DNA of 64,000 bases from the NCBI GenBank assembly GCA_965655095.1, contig OZ296648.1, positions 54,374,001 to 54,438,000 on the forward strand, written 5' to 3'. The translations under genes were made by a program, and so were the position numbers. Below are positions 11,390 to 25,024 of the stretch, one piece after another (position 1 is the stretch's first letter; every line of letters starts with the position of its first letter). The notes beneath the pieces are model-generated. The model did not search any database, was not told the origin of the DNA, and worked only from the letters and a program-made list of their open reading frames with translations. This DNA comes from Haplodiscus bocki (Eukaryota).

Positions 11390-13167
11390 AAATTGCTTCC
11401 CCTGCTCCACTCCGACGATGAACAAGGCTGATTTGCTGTAAATAATTGACAGATGCGCGTCGATATGCGTTAACACAACCAAACAATGGATGAGCGAGAG
11501 ACTCCAACTGAAATTAGATCACTATGGGAGAAAACCAAGGTGATGCTATTGTTCAAATTCGACTTCAAGCAAAGTGAAAAGTTGCGACACAAGAATCTAC
11601 CGGAGGATATTGCGGTACCCTTTTCCATGAGACAAGAATGAGGAGAACCGCAGATTAAATAAAATGAAACTCTTGGCTATCGTCCACTGGCAATAAATCC
11701 ACGTCGATATCGCTCTCGGCCTGCTTCGATACTCATGGGTATAAAACATTTATCATTATCAATGCAGCGGAAAACGTTTTTTTGGTAAAATAGTGTTTGC
11801 AAGCGAGGCATTTGGCCGAAATCCAAAGGCAGTGAAACTTTCCCTTCATATGATGCGCTAGGACATTGCGAATCGGACATGTGTGGGAGTCTGATAGACT
11901 TCGCTGACTGTCGCAGCAGGCGACAAAGAGCAGGGGTCCTGAAAAATACGTATGTTTTATAGTAAATATGAAGAGTCCATATTGGTGACTTTGGTAGAAA
12001 TGAGGATCCAAATATGGGTTCAAATGTAAATATAACATCAATATAATAGGTGGTCCAATGACCAGCAAATTTGGGACGCTCCGAAAACGTGTAGGCTAAT
12101 GAAAACTTTGGCAACGATTGCGATAAATTCTGAATGCGAGACCCTTGCTCCATAAACGGTCTGCATGTGCTATCATAGAAAAGGTGCTTTTTTGTTTATA
12201 TGGCGTGGTAACATCAACTTTTGCCACACATTTCAATTTCCGAGCAGTGTAACTTACTTTCGCCGTAACCAAGCTAAGGAAAGGAGAGCTTAGACCCAAA
12301 TTAAAAGGAAGCAAAACCCTTTGTTGGTTTAATCTTGTCATTTGTTTAATTTTCTCAAACAATATTTCTAATTGGACCGAATCTAGTTGCTTCATTGTCC
12401 TGTTGCTTGACCGAACTCTTGCCGTACCAAAGTTTCATTAGAAATAGAATTCCGCTGGCATAGACAGCGTCGACCCTTGCATCAAAGTCAGATATAAAGG
12501 ATTAGTTCTCTTCGAATGCGTAATTGAGTTTCGAAAATGATATTCTTCCCCCGCTTTGTTTACGTTTGAGAATTGATAACATGCTGTATGAACCACCACC
12601 TCTACCTGTCTCAGTTCAAACAACTCCACCATCTCTATCTTTCCAGTCTAAATTGTTAGCCTTGTAAAGTCTAAACTAAATTTTTAAAGTCTGCGTCCAA
12701 TATGGCTTTCAGTCATACTCAAACTGGAACATCAGGATGTGTTCGACTGAACATAATTTGCTCTGAGGCCCGCTTTCACCCAGACTTGTTCAGAACATCT
12801 TCTATCGAATCAAAGTCAAACACGCGAAAATCGTTCAATTGTTCTTGGAAGCTTCATTAAAGGCAGGAATGATTGAATTAGGAAATTGGCTGACTTTGCG
12901 TCATTTACAAGACTTTACGAGGATGAGGGGCGAAGAGAATATGTAAAAATCCAGCCGATTTCTCACCACTCTAGGACCCCAGCTACGTGGACGAAAGTGC
13001 AAATTTCTTTTGCAGTCTGAATCAAGTCTACTAACGTTTAAAATTTTCTTTCTAACTGTATACTGTAAACTTCAACATAGGCTTTTGTTACCACAAAGTG
13101 TTTTCAACAAAAGATTTTTCAGAAAGATTAGTCAACAGGTTCAAAAGTAGCGAATAAACAGGAATCA

Positions 13168-13571
13168 ACCTAAATGTGTGCTAAAAAGTAGCAACTCTTC
13201 TTCAATAAAAAATGGGACAGAAAGACAGTCAGCCTTGAAAACATAATGCTCAATAGAAGCAGAAGAGTCCACAAAAATGGATTATTAGCTTTTGCAATGG
13301 TTCTTTCATGGGTTCAGACACTTTAGGTCGACAAATGAAAGACGGTCGCAAACGTGTTTGCATAGTGTGATAGGTAATACAAGTAGGTCCCAAACAGGTA
13401 TTTGTTGTTTCAGTTGCACAGAAGTAGCCGATGACTCCCTGGCTGGTCTGCTTTGTCTGAAGTGACAATAATGAAGGTGTTAGGTTTACGAGCTAGCGGA
13501 AAATTTTTCCTGAGCGTACTCCAAGAAACCTGCACTACAAGCGTTCGCAAATGATAATCATCGTTGTGAAA
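13168..13571 (-). pseudogene. Adenain-type protease pseudogene, copy 5
   Basis: ORF fragments ..NFPLARKPNTFIIVTSDKADQPGSHRLLLCN and ..EPLQKLIIHFCGLFCFY. Confidence 0.82.
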
Positions 13572-13603
13572 CGATTCTCGTCGGTCAGCTTCGCAAATTA
13601 ATT

Positions 13604-14828
13604 TTAAAACAGAACAAGACTTTCTCTGAGACTCTTTGGTTGGAATAAAAAAAATCATTGAAGCTTTTTTATAACAAAAAACCACTCAGGTATTGAATGC
13701 CAAAACCCTCTGAAAGAGCAATCTGAAATTGATGCGTCGGTAAACTCGTGATTGGGTAATCTTGTGATGCTTGCTGAGTACTGATAAGAAACAACACCAG
13801 CAGAAAAAGATTTGAATAATCGCAAAAAGCAATGCAATGACCATGATTCCCGGACGAAAGAGCTTCTAGAGTATTCAAGTAGATCTTTTCGTCCGTAAGC
13901 ATTGTCAGCGGTTTACCAACGAAAGGGTACTCATTACTAAAAACGGTGGCACTGTTCAACCCAAACTTTTGGCAGTGAAATTGGGTCGTTCGTTTAGCGC
14001 GGAGGAATCCAATGATTTTTGTCATTGACAAAACTAATTTTCTTATAGGCTGTTCCTTGAAAATGTCTTCTTGGTGCCAATTATGTGCATTAGAAAGTAA
14101 AAAAACTTTTAGTTTTGTTTCAGTTTAACTACACAATGCTGGCATCTTGGTAAGCATAGTCTCAACGGAAATGTGAACAATGTCTGCAACTATCGCTTTG
14201 CCCAAATACTAATTTGCTAAGGTATTGCCAAGTTTGTTATTTTCTGCTTCATTGTCATAAAGCAAGGTGATTCCCGGCCTGAGGCTCTGGAAGGAAATTC
14301 GCAAAGCAACTCCACTCTAGATGTTTGTTCCCGAAAAAAACATCTCCTACAAATTTTTGAACGACAATCAGCACTGATGAACTGTTGCTTTCCGTCTCTT
14401 TCTGTATGAAAGGTGATTCTGTGAAAAAATTGGTTCCGATTCCTAAGAATTTCCCTTTGATTCTCTAAAAGTTTCTGTGTGTTCCTGGTTGAGAAAACTG
14501 CTGTTTCAGTAAAAACCTCGTTTGTTTAATTTCCGTAAGCAGAGGAAGATTTTATCCCACTTGCCCTTATAATGCAACGACAAAAAACAACAAATGGAGC
14601 GCCTTTGTCGAATATTCTGGCGAAATGCTGTTGGCATGAGTTGTAGCGTTGTAAGCCGAGTCTATTCCATCTGGTTTGGCGCTTTTATATCTTAGTTCCA
14701 GGTCAAGGTTTTTTAGATCAATAAAAATGGTTCAATCGGCTGCAACTCTGAACTCCAGTGTTAGACAAGTGGAAAATGAAGGGGGCCAAACTTTTGCTCG
14801 AAGGATGTATCCAAAGCAATCAGTAGAA
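13604..14828 (-). pseudogene. Major capsid protein pseudogene, copy 5
   Basis: Fragment 13669-14031, nearly identical to copy 1. Confidence 0.85.
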
Positions 14829-16454
14829 AAACTGCTTCCCGTGCTCCTTTCCGACGATGAACAAGGCTGATTTGCAGTAAATAATTGACAGATGTGCGTC
14901 GATATGCGTTAACACAACCAAACAATGGATGAGCGAGAGACTCCAACTGAAAGTAGATCACTATGGGAAAAAACCAAGGTGATGCTATTCTTTGAATTCG
15001 ACTTCAAGCAAAGTGAAAAGTTGCGACACAAGAATATACCGGAGGATATTGCGGTACCCTTTTCCATGATACAAGAATGAGGAGAACCGCAGATTAAATA
15101 AAATGAAACTCTTGGCTATCGTCCACTGGCATTAAATCCACGCCGATATCGCCCTCGGCCTGCTTCGATACTCATGGGTATAAAACATTTATCATTATCA
15201 ATGCAGCGGAAAACGTTTTTTTTTTGGTAAAATAGTGTTTGCAAGCGAGGCATTTGGCCGAAATCCAAAGGCAGTGAAACTTTCCGTTCATATGATGCGC
15301 TAGGACATTGCGAATCGGACATGTGTGGGAGTTTGATAGATTTCTCTGACTGTCGCAGCAGGCGACAAAGAGCAGGGGTCCTGAAGAATACGTATGTTTT
15401 ATAGTAAATTTGAGGAGTCCATATTGGTGACTTTGGTAGAAATGGCGATCGACATATCGGTTCGAATGTAACAAATCTAACATCAATTTATTAAGAGGTC
15501 CAATAACCAACAAATTCGGGACGCTCCGAAAACGTGTAATTTACTTTCTCCGTAACCAAGCTAAGGAAAGGAAAGCTTAGACCCAAATTAAAAGGAAGCA
15601 AAACCCTTTGTTGGTTAAATCTTGTCATTTGTTTAATTTTCTCAAACAATATTTCTAATTGGACCGACTCTAGTTGCTTCATTGTCCTATTGCTTGACCG
15701 AACTCTTGCCGTACTAAAGTTTCATTAGAAACAGAATTCCGCTGGCATAGACAGCGTCGACCGTTGCATCAAAGTCAGATATAAAGGATTAGTTCTCTTC
15801 GAATGCGTAATTGAGTTTCGAAAATGATATTCTTCCCCCGCTTTGTTTACGTTTGAGAATTGATAACATGCTGTATGAACCGCCACCTCTACCTGTCTCA
15901 GTTCAAACAACTCCACCATCTCTATCTTTCCAGTCTAAATTGTTAGCCTTGTAAAGTCTAAACTAAATTTTTAAAGTCTGCGTCCAATATGGCTTTCAGT
16001 CATACTCAAACTGGAACATCAGGATGTGTTCGACTGAACATATTTTGCTCTGAGGCCCGCTTTCACCCAGACTTGTTCAGAACATCTTCTATCGAATCAA
16101 AGTCAAACACGCGAAAATCGTTCAATTGTTCTTGGAAGCTTCATTAAAGGCAGGAATGATTGAATTAGGAAATTGGCTGACTTTGCGTCATTTACAAGAG
16201 TTTACGAGGATGAGGGGCGAAGAGAATATGTAAAAATCCAGCCGATTTCTCACCACCCTAGGACCCCAGCTACGTGGACGAAAGTGCAAATTTCTTTTGC
16301 AGTCTGAATCAAGTCTACTAACGTTTAAAATTTTCTTTCTAACTGTATACTGTAAACTTCAACATAGGCTTTTGTTACCACAAAGTGTTTTCAACAAAAG
16401 ATTTTTCAGAAAGATTAGTCAACAGGTTCAAAAGTAGCGAATAAACAGGAATCA

Positions 16455-16858
16455 ACCTAAATGTGTGCTAAAAAGTAGCAACTCTTCTTCAATAAAAAAT
16501 GGGACAGAAAGACAGTCAGCCTTGAAAACATAATGCTCAATAGAAGCAGAAGAGTCCACAAAAATGGATTATTAGCTTTTGCAATGGTTCTTTCATGGGT
16601 TCAGACACTTTAGGTCGACAAATGAAAGACGGTCGCAAACGTGTTTGCATAGTGTGATAGGTAATACAAGTAGGTCCCAAACAGGTATTTGTTGTTTCAG
16701 TTGCACAGAAGTAGCCGATGACTCCCTGGCTGGTCTGCTTTGTCTGAAGTGACAATAATGAAGGTGTTAGGTTTACGAGCTAGCGGAAAATTTTTCCTCA
16801 GCGTACTCCAAGAAACCTGCACTACAAGCGTTCGCAAATGATAATCATCGTTGTGAAA
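16455..16858 (-). pseudogene. Adenain-type protease pseudogene, copy 6
   Basis: Near-identical to copy 5. Confidence 0.82.
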
Positions 16859-16890
16859 CGATTCTCGTCGGTCAGCTTCGCAAATTAATT

Positions 16891-18117
16891 TTAAAACAGA
16901 ACAAGACTTTCTTTGAGACTCTTTGGTTGGAATCAAAAAAATCATTGAAGCATTTTTTTAACAAAGAAAACCACTCAGGTATTGAATGCGAAAACCTTCT
17001 GAAAAAGCGATCTGAAACTGATGCGTCGGTAAACTCGTGATTGGGTAATCTTGTGATGCTTGCTGAGTACTGATAAGAAACAACACCAGCACAAAAAGAT
17101 TTGAATAAACGCAAAAAGCAATGCGATGGCCATGATTCCCAGACGAAAGAGCTTCTAGAGTATTCAAGTAGATCTTTTCGTCCGTATGCCTTGTCAGCGG
17201 TTTACCAGCGATAGGGTACTCATTACTAAAAACGGTGGCACTGCTCAACCCAAACTTTTGGCAGTGAAATTGGGTCGTTCGTTTAGCGCGGAGGAATCCA
17301 ATGATTTTTGTCATTGACAAAACTAATTTTCTTATAGGCTGTTCCTTGAAAATGTCTTCTTGGTGCCAATTATGTGCATTAGAAAGTAAAAAAACTTTTA
17401 GTTTTGTTTCAGTTTAACTACACAATGCTGGCATCTTGGTAAGCATAGTCTCAACGGAAATGTGAACAATGTCTGCAACTATCGCTTTGCCCAAATACTA
17501 ATTTGCTAAGGTATTGCCAAGTTTGTTATTTTCTGCTTCATTGTCATAAAGCAAGGTGATTCCCGGCCTGAGGCTCTGGAAGGAAATTCGCAAAGCAACT
17601 CCACTCTAGATGTTTGTTCCCGAAAAAAACATCTCCTACAAATTTTTGAACGACAATCAGCACTGATGAACTGTTGCTTTCCGTCTCTTTCTGTATGAAA
17701 GGTGATTCTGTGAAAAAATTGGTTCCGATTCGTGAGAAATTCCCTTTGGTTCCCCAAAAGTTTCTTTGTGTTCCTGGTTGTGAAAACTGCTGTTTCAGTA
17801 AAAACCTTGTTTGTTTAATTTCCGTATGCAGAGGAAGATTTTATCCCACTTGCCCTTATAATGCAACGACAAAAAACAACAAATGGAGCGCGTTTGTCGA
17901 AGAATCTGGCGAAATGCTGTTGGCATGAGTTGTAGCGTTGTAAGCCGAGTCTATTCCATCTGGTTTGGCGCTTTTATATCTTAGTTCCAGGTCAAGGTTT
18001 TTTAGATCAAAAAAATTGGTTCAATCGGCTGCAACTCTGAACTCCAGTGTTAGACAAGTGGAAAATGAAGGGGGCCAAACTTTTGCTCGAAGGATGTATC
18101 CAAAGCGATCAGTAGAA
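16891..18117 (-). pseudogene. Major capsid protein pseudogene, copy 6
   Basis: Fragment 16958-17320, nearly identical to copy 2. Confidence 0.85.
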
Positions 18118-19901
18118 AAACTGCTTCCCGTGCTCCATTCCGACGATGAACAAGGCTGATTTGCAGTAAATAATTGACAGATGTGCGTCGATATGCGTTA
18201 ACAAAACCAAACAATGGATGAGCGAGAGACTCCAACTGAAAGTAGATCACTATGGGAGAAAACCAAGGTGATACTATTGTTTAAATTCAACTTCAAGCAA
18301 AGTGAAAAGTTGCGACACATGATTGTACCGGAGGATATTGCAGCACCCTTTTCTATGAGACAAGAATGAGGAGAACCGCAGATTAAATAAAATGAAACTC
18401 TTGGCTATCGTCCACTGGCAATAAGTCCACGTAGATATCGTTCTCGGCCTGCTTCGATACTCATGGGTACAAAACATTTATCAATGCAGCTGAAAACGTT
18501 TTTTTTTGGTAAAATAGTGTTTGCAAGCGAGGCATTTGGCCGAAATCCAACGGCGGTGAAACTTTCCGATCATATAATGCGCTAGGACATTGCGATTCGG
18601 ACATGTGTGCGAGTTTGATAGATTTTGCTGACTGTCGCAGCAGGCGACAAAGAGCAGGGGGCCTCAAGAAGACGTATCTTTTATGGTAAATATGAGGAGT
18701 CTACATTGGTGACTTTGGTAGAAATGACGATCCACATATCGGTTCAAATGTAACAAATCTAACATCAATCTATTAAGTGGTCCAATAACCAACAAATTCG
18801 GGACGCTACGAAAACGTGTAGGCTAATGGAAAGTTTGGCAACGATTGCGATAAATTTGATTGTGAGACCCTAGCTCCATAAACGGTTTGCATGTGCTATC
18901 GTCGAAAAAAAAGGTGCTTTTTTTGTTTATATGGCGTGATAAAATCAACTTTTGCCACACATTTTAATTTCCGAGCAGTTTAATTTACTTTCTCCGTAAC
19001 CAAGCTAAAGAAAGGAGAGCTTAGACCCAAATTAAAAGGAAGCAAAACCCTTTGTTGGTTAAATCTTGTCATTTGTTTAATATTCTCAAACAATATTTCT
19101 AATTGGACCGACTCTAGTTGCTTCATTGTCCTATTGCTTGACCGAACTCTTGCCGTACCAAAGTTTCATTAGAAATAGGTTTCCGCTGGCATAGACAGCT
19201 CCGACCTTTGTATTAAAGTCAGATAAAAAGGATTAGTTCTCTTCGAATGCGTAATTGACTTTAGAAAATGATAATCTTTCCCCGGCTTTGTTTACGCTTG
19301 AGATTTGATAACATGCTGTATCAACAACTACCTCTACCTGCCTCAGTTCAGTCATCTCCACTATCTCTATGTTTCCAGTCTTAGCTGTTAGCCTTCTAAA
19401 GTCTAAATCAAATATTTGAAGTTTGCGTCAAATATGGCATTGAGCCATACTCAAACTGGAACATCTACATGTGTCCGACTGATCAAATTTTCCTCTGAGG
19501 CCCGCTTTCACTCAGACTTGTTCGGAACACCTTCTGTAGAATCAAAGTCAAACACGCGAATACCGTTCATTTGTGCTTGGAGGCTGCATTGGAAGCAAGG
19601 AGGACCGAATTAAGAAATTGGCCGACTTTGCATCATTTACAAGACTTTATTGTGACAAGGGGCAAAGTCAAAACATTAAAAAACAAGCGGATTTCTCACA
19701 ACTTTAGGACCCCTGCTACGTGGACGAATATGCAAATTGCGTTTGCAATCTGAATCAAGTTTACTAATATTCCTATTCTTCTTTCTAAATGTATACTTTA
19801 AAGTTCACCCGAGGCTTTTGCTTCCACAAAGTGTTTTGAACGAAAGATTTTTCAGAAAGGTTAGTAAAAAGATTGAAAATTAAAGAATAAACAGAAATCA
19901 A

Positions 19902-20310
19902 CTTAAATGTTTGCGAAAAACTAGCAACTCTTATTCAATAAAAAATGGGACAGAAAGACAGTCAGCTCCAAACACATATTGCGCAATGAAAATGAAAAAA
20001 AAAGTTCACATAAATGGGAAAATAAATATTGCAATGAGTCTTTCATGGGTTAGGACACTTCAAGTCGACAAAAGACAGAGGATTGCAAACTTGTTCGCAG
20101 AGTGTAATTGGTAACTCTAGCAGGCCCCAGAAAGGTATTTGTAATGTCGGTTGCAGAGAAGTAGCCGATGACGTCCTGGTTGGTCTGCGTTCTCTGAAGT
20201 CACAAAAATGAAGGTGTGTTAGGATTACGAACTAGCGCAAAAATTTTCCTGAACATACTCCAAGAAACCAGCACTACAAGCGTTCGCAAATGATAATCAT
20301 CGTTGTCAAA
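19902..20310 (-). pseudogene. Adenain-type protease pseudogene, copy 7
   Basis: Paralog of copy 2. Confidence 0.8.
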
Positions 20311-20342
20311 CGATTCTCGTCGGTCAGCTTCGAAAATTAATT

Positions 20343-21571
20343 TTAAAACAGAAAAAGACTCTTCGAGACTCTTTGGTTGGAATCAAAAAAATCATTGAAG
20401 CATTTTTTAAACAAGAAAAACCACTCAGGTATTGAATGCCAAAACCTTCTGAAAGAGCAATCTGAAATTGATGCGTCGGTAAACTCGTGATTGGGTAATC
20501 TTGTGATGCTTGCTGAGTACTGATAAGAAACAACACCAGCAGAAAAAGATTTGAATAATCGCAAATAGCAATGCAATGACCATGAATCCGGGACGAAAGA
20601 GCTTCTAGATTATTCGAAAAGATCTTTTCGTTCGTATGCATTGTCAGCGGTTTACCAGCGATAGGGTTCTCATTACTAAAAACGGTGGCACTGCTCAACC
20701 CAAACTTTTGGCAGTGAAATTGGGTCGTTCGTTTAGCGCGGAGGAATCCAATGATTTTTGTCATTGAGGGAACTAATTTTATTATAGGCTGTTCCTTCAA
20801 AATCTCTTATTGGTGCCAATTATGTGCATTAGAAGAAAGTAAAAAAGCTTTTGGTATTGTTTCAGTTTAACTACACAATGCTGGCATCTTGGTAAGCGTA
20901 GTCTCAACGGAAATGTGAACAATCTCTGCAACTATCGCTTTGCCCAAATACTAATTTGCTAAGGTATTGCCAAGTTTGTTATTTTCTGCTTCATTGTCAT
21001 AAAGCAAGGTGATTCCCGGCCTGAGGCTTGTGAAGGAAATTCGCAAAGCAACTCCACTCTAGATGTTTGTTCCCGAAAAAAACATCTCCTACAAATTTTT
21101 GAACGACAATCAGCACTGATGAACTGTTGCTTTCCGTCTCTTTCTGTATGAAAGGTGATTCTGTGAAAAAAATGGTTCCGATTCCTCAGAATTTCCCTTT
21201 GATTCCCTAAAAGTTTCTTTGTATTCCTGGTTGTGAAAACTGCTGTTTCAGTATAAACCTTGTTTGTTTAATTTCCGTATGCAGAGGAAGATTTTATCCC
21301 ACTTGCCCTTATAATGCAATGACAAAAAAACAACGAATGGAGCGCGTTTGTCGAAGAATCTGGCGAAATGCTGTTGGCATGAGTTGTAGCGTTGTAAGCC
21401 GAGTCTGTTCCATCTGGTTTGGCACTTTTAAATTTTAGTTCCAGGTAAAGGTTTTTTAAATCAATAAAATTGGTTCAATCGGCTGCAACTCTGAACTCCA
21501 GTGTTCGACAGTTGGAATATGAAGGGGGCCAAACTTTTGCTCGAAGGATTTATCCAAAGCGACCAGTAGAA
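20343..21571 (-). pseudogene. Major capsid protein pseudogene, copy 7
   Basis: Fragment 20324-20800. Confidence 0.85.
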
Positions 21572-23356
21572 AAACTGCTTACCGTGCTCCATTCCGACGA
21601 TGAACAAGGCTGATTTGCTGTAAATAATTGACATGTGCGTCGATATGCGTTAACACAACCAAACAATGGATGAGCGAGAGACTCCAACTGAAAGTAGATC
21701 ACTATGGGAGAAAACCAAGGTGATGCTATTGTTTAAATTCGACTTCAAGCAAAGTGAAAAGTTGCGACACAAGAATCTACCAGAGGATATTGCGGTACCC
21801 TTTTCTATGAGACAAGAACGAAGAGAACCGCAGATTAAATAAAATGAAACTCTTGGCTATCGTCCACTGGCAATAAGTCCACGTCGATATCGTTCTCGGT
21901 CTGCTTCGATACTCATGGGTACAAAACATTTATCAATATCAATGCAGCGGAAAACGTTTTTTTTTGGTAAAATACTGTTTGCAAGCTAGGCATTTGGCCG
22001 AAATCCAAAGGCATTGAAACTTTCCGTCCATATGATGCGCTAGGACATTGCGAATCGGACATGTGTGGGAGTTTGATAGATTTCGCTGACTGTCGCAGCA
22101 GGCGACAAAGAGCAGGGGTCCTGAAGAATACGTATGTTTTATAGTAAATTTGAGGAGTCCACATTGGTGACTTTGGTAGAAATGACGATCCACATATCGG
22201 TTCAAATGTAACAAATCTAACATCAATCTATTAAGTGGTCCAATAACCAACAAATTCGGGACGGTCGAAAACGTGTAGGATAATGGAAACTCTGGCAACG
22301 ATTGCGATAAATTTTGAATGTGAGACTCTAGCTCCATAAACGGTTTGCATGTGCTATCGTAGAAAAAAAGGTGCTTTTTTTGTTTATATGGCGTGATAAC
22401 ATCAACTTTTGCCACACATCTTAATTTCCGAGCAGTTTAATTTACTTTCTTCGTAACCAAGCTAAGGAAAGGAGAGCTTAGACCCAAATTAAAAGGAAGC
22501 AAAACCCTTTGTTGGTTAAATCTTGTCATTTGTTTAATTTTCTCAAACAATATTTCTAATTGGACCGACTCTAGTTGCTTCATTGTCCTATTGCTTGACC
22601 GAACTCTTGCCGTACAAAGTTTCATTAGAAATAGGTTTCCGCTGGCATAGACAGCTCCGACCTTTGTATTAAAGTCAGATAAAAAGGATTAGTTCTTTTC
22701 GAATGCGTAATTGACTTTAGAAAATGATAATCTTTCCCCGGCTTTGTTTACGCTTGAGATTTGATAACATGCTGTATCAACAACTACCTCTACCTGCCTC
22801 AGTTCAGTCATCTCCACTATCTCTATGTTTCCAGTCTTAGCTCTTAGCCTTCTAAAGTCTAAATCAAATATTTGAAGTTTGCGTCAAATATGGCAATGAG
22901 CCATACTCAAACTGGAACATCCACATGTGTCCGACTGATCAAATTTTCCTCTGAGGCCCGCTTTCACTCAGACTTGTTCGGAACACCTTCTATAGAATAA
23001 AAGTCAAAGACGCGAATACCGTTCATTTGTGCTTGGAGGCTGCAGTGGAAGCAAGGAGGACCGAATTAGAAACTGGCCGACTTTGCATCATTTACAAGAC
23101 TTTATTGTGACAAGGGGCAAAATCAAAACATTAAAAATCAAGCGGATTTCTCACAACTTTAGGACCCCTGCTACGTGGACGAATATGCAAATTGAGTTTG
23201 CAATCTGAATCAAGTTTACTAATATTCCTATTCTTCTTTCTAAATGTATACTTTAAAGTTCAACCGAGGCTTTTGCTTCCACAAAGTGTTTTGAACAAAA
23301 GATTTTTCAGAAAGGTTAGTCAAAAGATTGAAAATTAAAGAATAAACAGAAATCAA

Positions 23357-23763
23357 CTTAAATGTTTGCGAAAAAGTAGCAACTCTTCTTCAATAAAAAA
23401 CGGGACAGAAAGACAGTCAGCTCCAAACACATATTGCGCAATGAAAATGAAAAAAAGTTCACATAAATGGGAAGATAAATATTGCCATGAGTCTTTCATG
23501 GGTTAGGACACTTCAAGTTGACAAAAGAAAGAGGATTGCAAACTTGTTCGCATAGTGTAATTGGTAACTCTGGTAGGCCCCAGAAAGGTATTTGTAATGT
23601 CGGTTGCACAGAAGTAGCCGATGACGTCCTGGTTGGTCTGCGTTCTCTGAAGTCACAAAAATGAAGGTGTGTTAGGATTACGAACTAGCGCAAAAATTTT
23701 CCTGAACATACTCCAAGAAACCAGCACTACAAGCGTTCGCAAATGATAATCATCGTTGTCAAA
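23357..23763 (-). pseudogene. Adenain-type protease pseudogene, copy 8
   Basis: Paralog of copy 7. Confidence 0.8.
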
Positions 23764-23795
23764 CGATTCTCGTCGGTCAGCTTCGAAAATTAATT

Positions 23796-25024
23796 TTAAA
23801 ACAGAAAAAGACTCTTCGAGACTCTTTGGTTGGAATCAAAAAAATCATTGAAGCATTTTTTAAACAAGAAAAACCACTCAGGTATTGAATGCCAAAACCT
23901 TCTGAAAGAGCAATCTGAAATTGATGCGTCGGTAAACTCGTGATTGGGTAATCTTGTGATGCTTGCTGAGTACTGATAAGAAACAACACCAGCAGAGAAA
24001 GACTTGAATAATCGCAAATAGCAATGCAATTACCATGATTCCCGGACGAAAGAGCTTCTAGATTATTCGAAAAGATCTTTTCGTTCGTATGCATTGTCAG
24101 CGGTTTACCAGCGATAGGGTTCTCATTACTAAAAACGGTGGCACTGCTCAACCCAAACTTTTGGCAGTGAAATTGGGTCGTTCGTTTAGCGCGGAGGAAT
24201 CCAATGATTTTTGTCATTGAGAGAACTAATTTTATTATAGGCTGTTCCTTCAAAATCTCCTATTGGTGCCAATTATGTGCATTAGAAGAAAGTAAAAAAG
24301 CTTTTGGTATTGTTTCAGTTTAACTACACAATGCTGGCATCTTGGTAAGCGTAGTCTCAACGGAAATGTGCACAATGTCTGCAACTATCGCTTTGCCCAA
24401 ATACTAATTTGCTAAGGTATTGCCAAGTTTGTTATTTTCTGCTTCATTGTCATAAAGCAAGGTGATTCCCGGCCTGAGGCTCTGGAAGGAAATTCGCAAA
24501 GCAACTCCACTCTAGATGTTTGTTCCCGAAGAAAACATCTCCTAGAAATTTTTGAACGAAAATCAGCACTGATGAACTGTTGCTTTCCGTCTCTTTCTGT
24601 ATGAAAGGTGATTCTGTGAAAAAATTGGTTCCGATTCCTAAGAATTTCCCTTTGATTCTCTAAAAGTTTCTGTGTGTTCCTGGTTGAGAGAACTGCTGTT
24701 TCAGTAAAAACCTTGTTTGTTTAATTTCCGTATGCAGAGGAAGATTTTATCCCACTTGCCCTTATAATGCAATGACAAAAAAACAACGAATGGAGCGCGT
24801 TTGTCGAAGAATCTGGCGAAATGCTGTTGGCATGAGTTGGACCGTTGTAAGCCGAGTCTGTTCCATCTGGTTTGGCACTTTTAAAATTTAGTTCCAGGTA
24901 GAGGTTTTTTAGATCAATGAAATTGGTTCAATCGGCTGCAACTCTGAACTCCAGTGTTAGACAGTTGGAATATGAAGGGGGCCAAACTTTTGCTCGAAGG
25001 ATTTATCCAAGGCGACCAGTAGAA
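23796..25024 (-). pseudogene. Major capsid protein pseudogene, copy 8
   Basis: Fragment 23777-24253. Confidence 0.85.
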
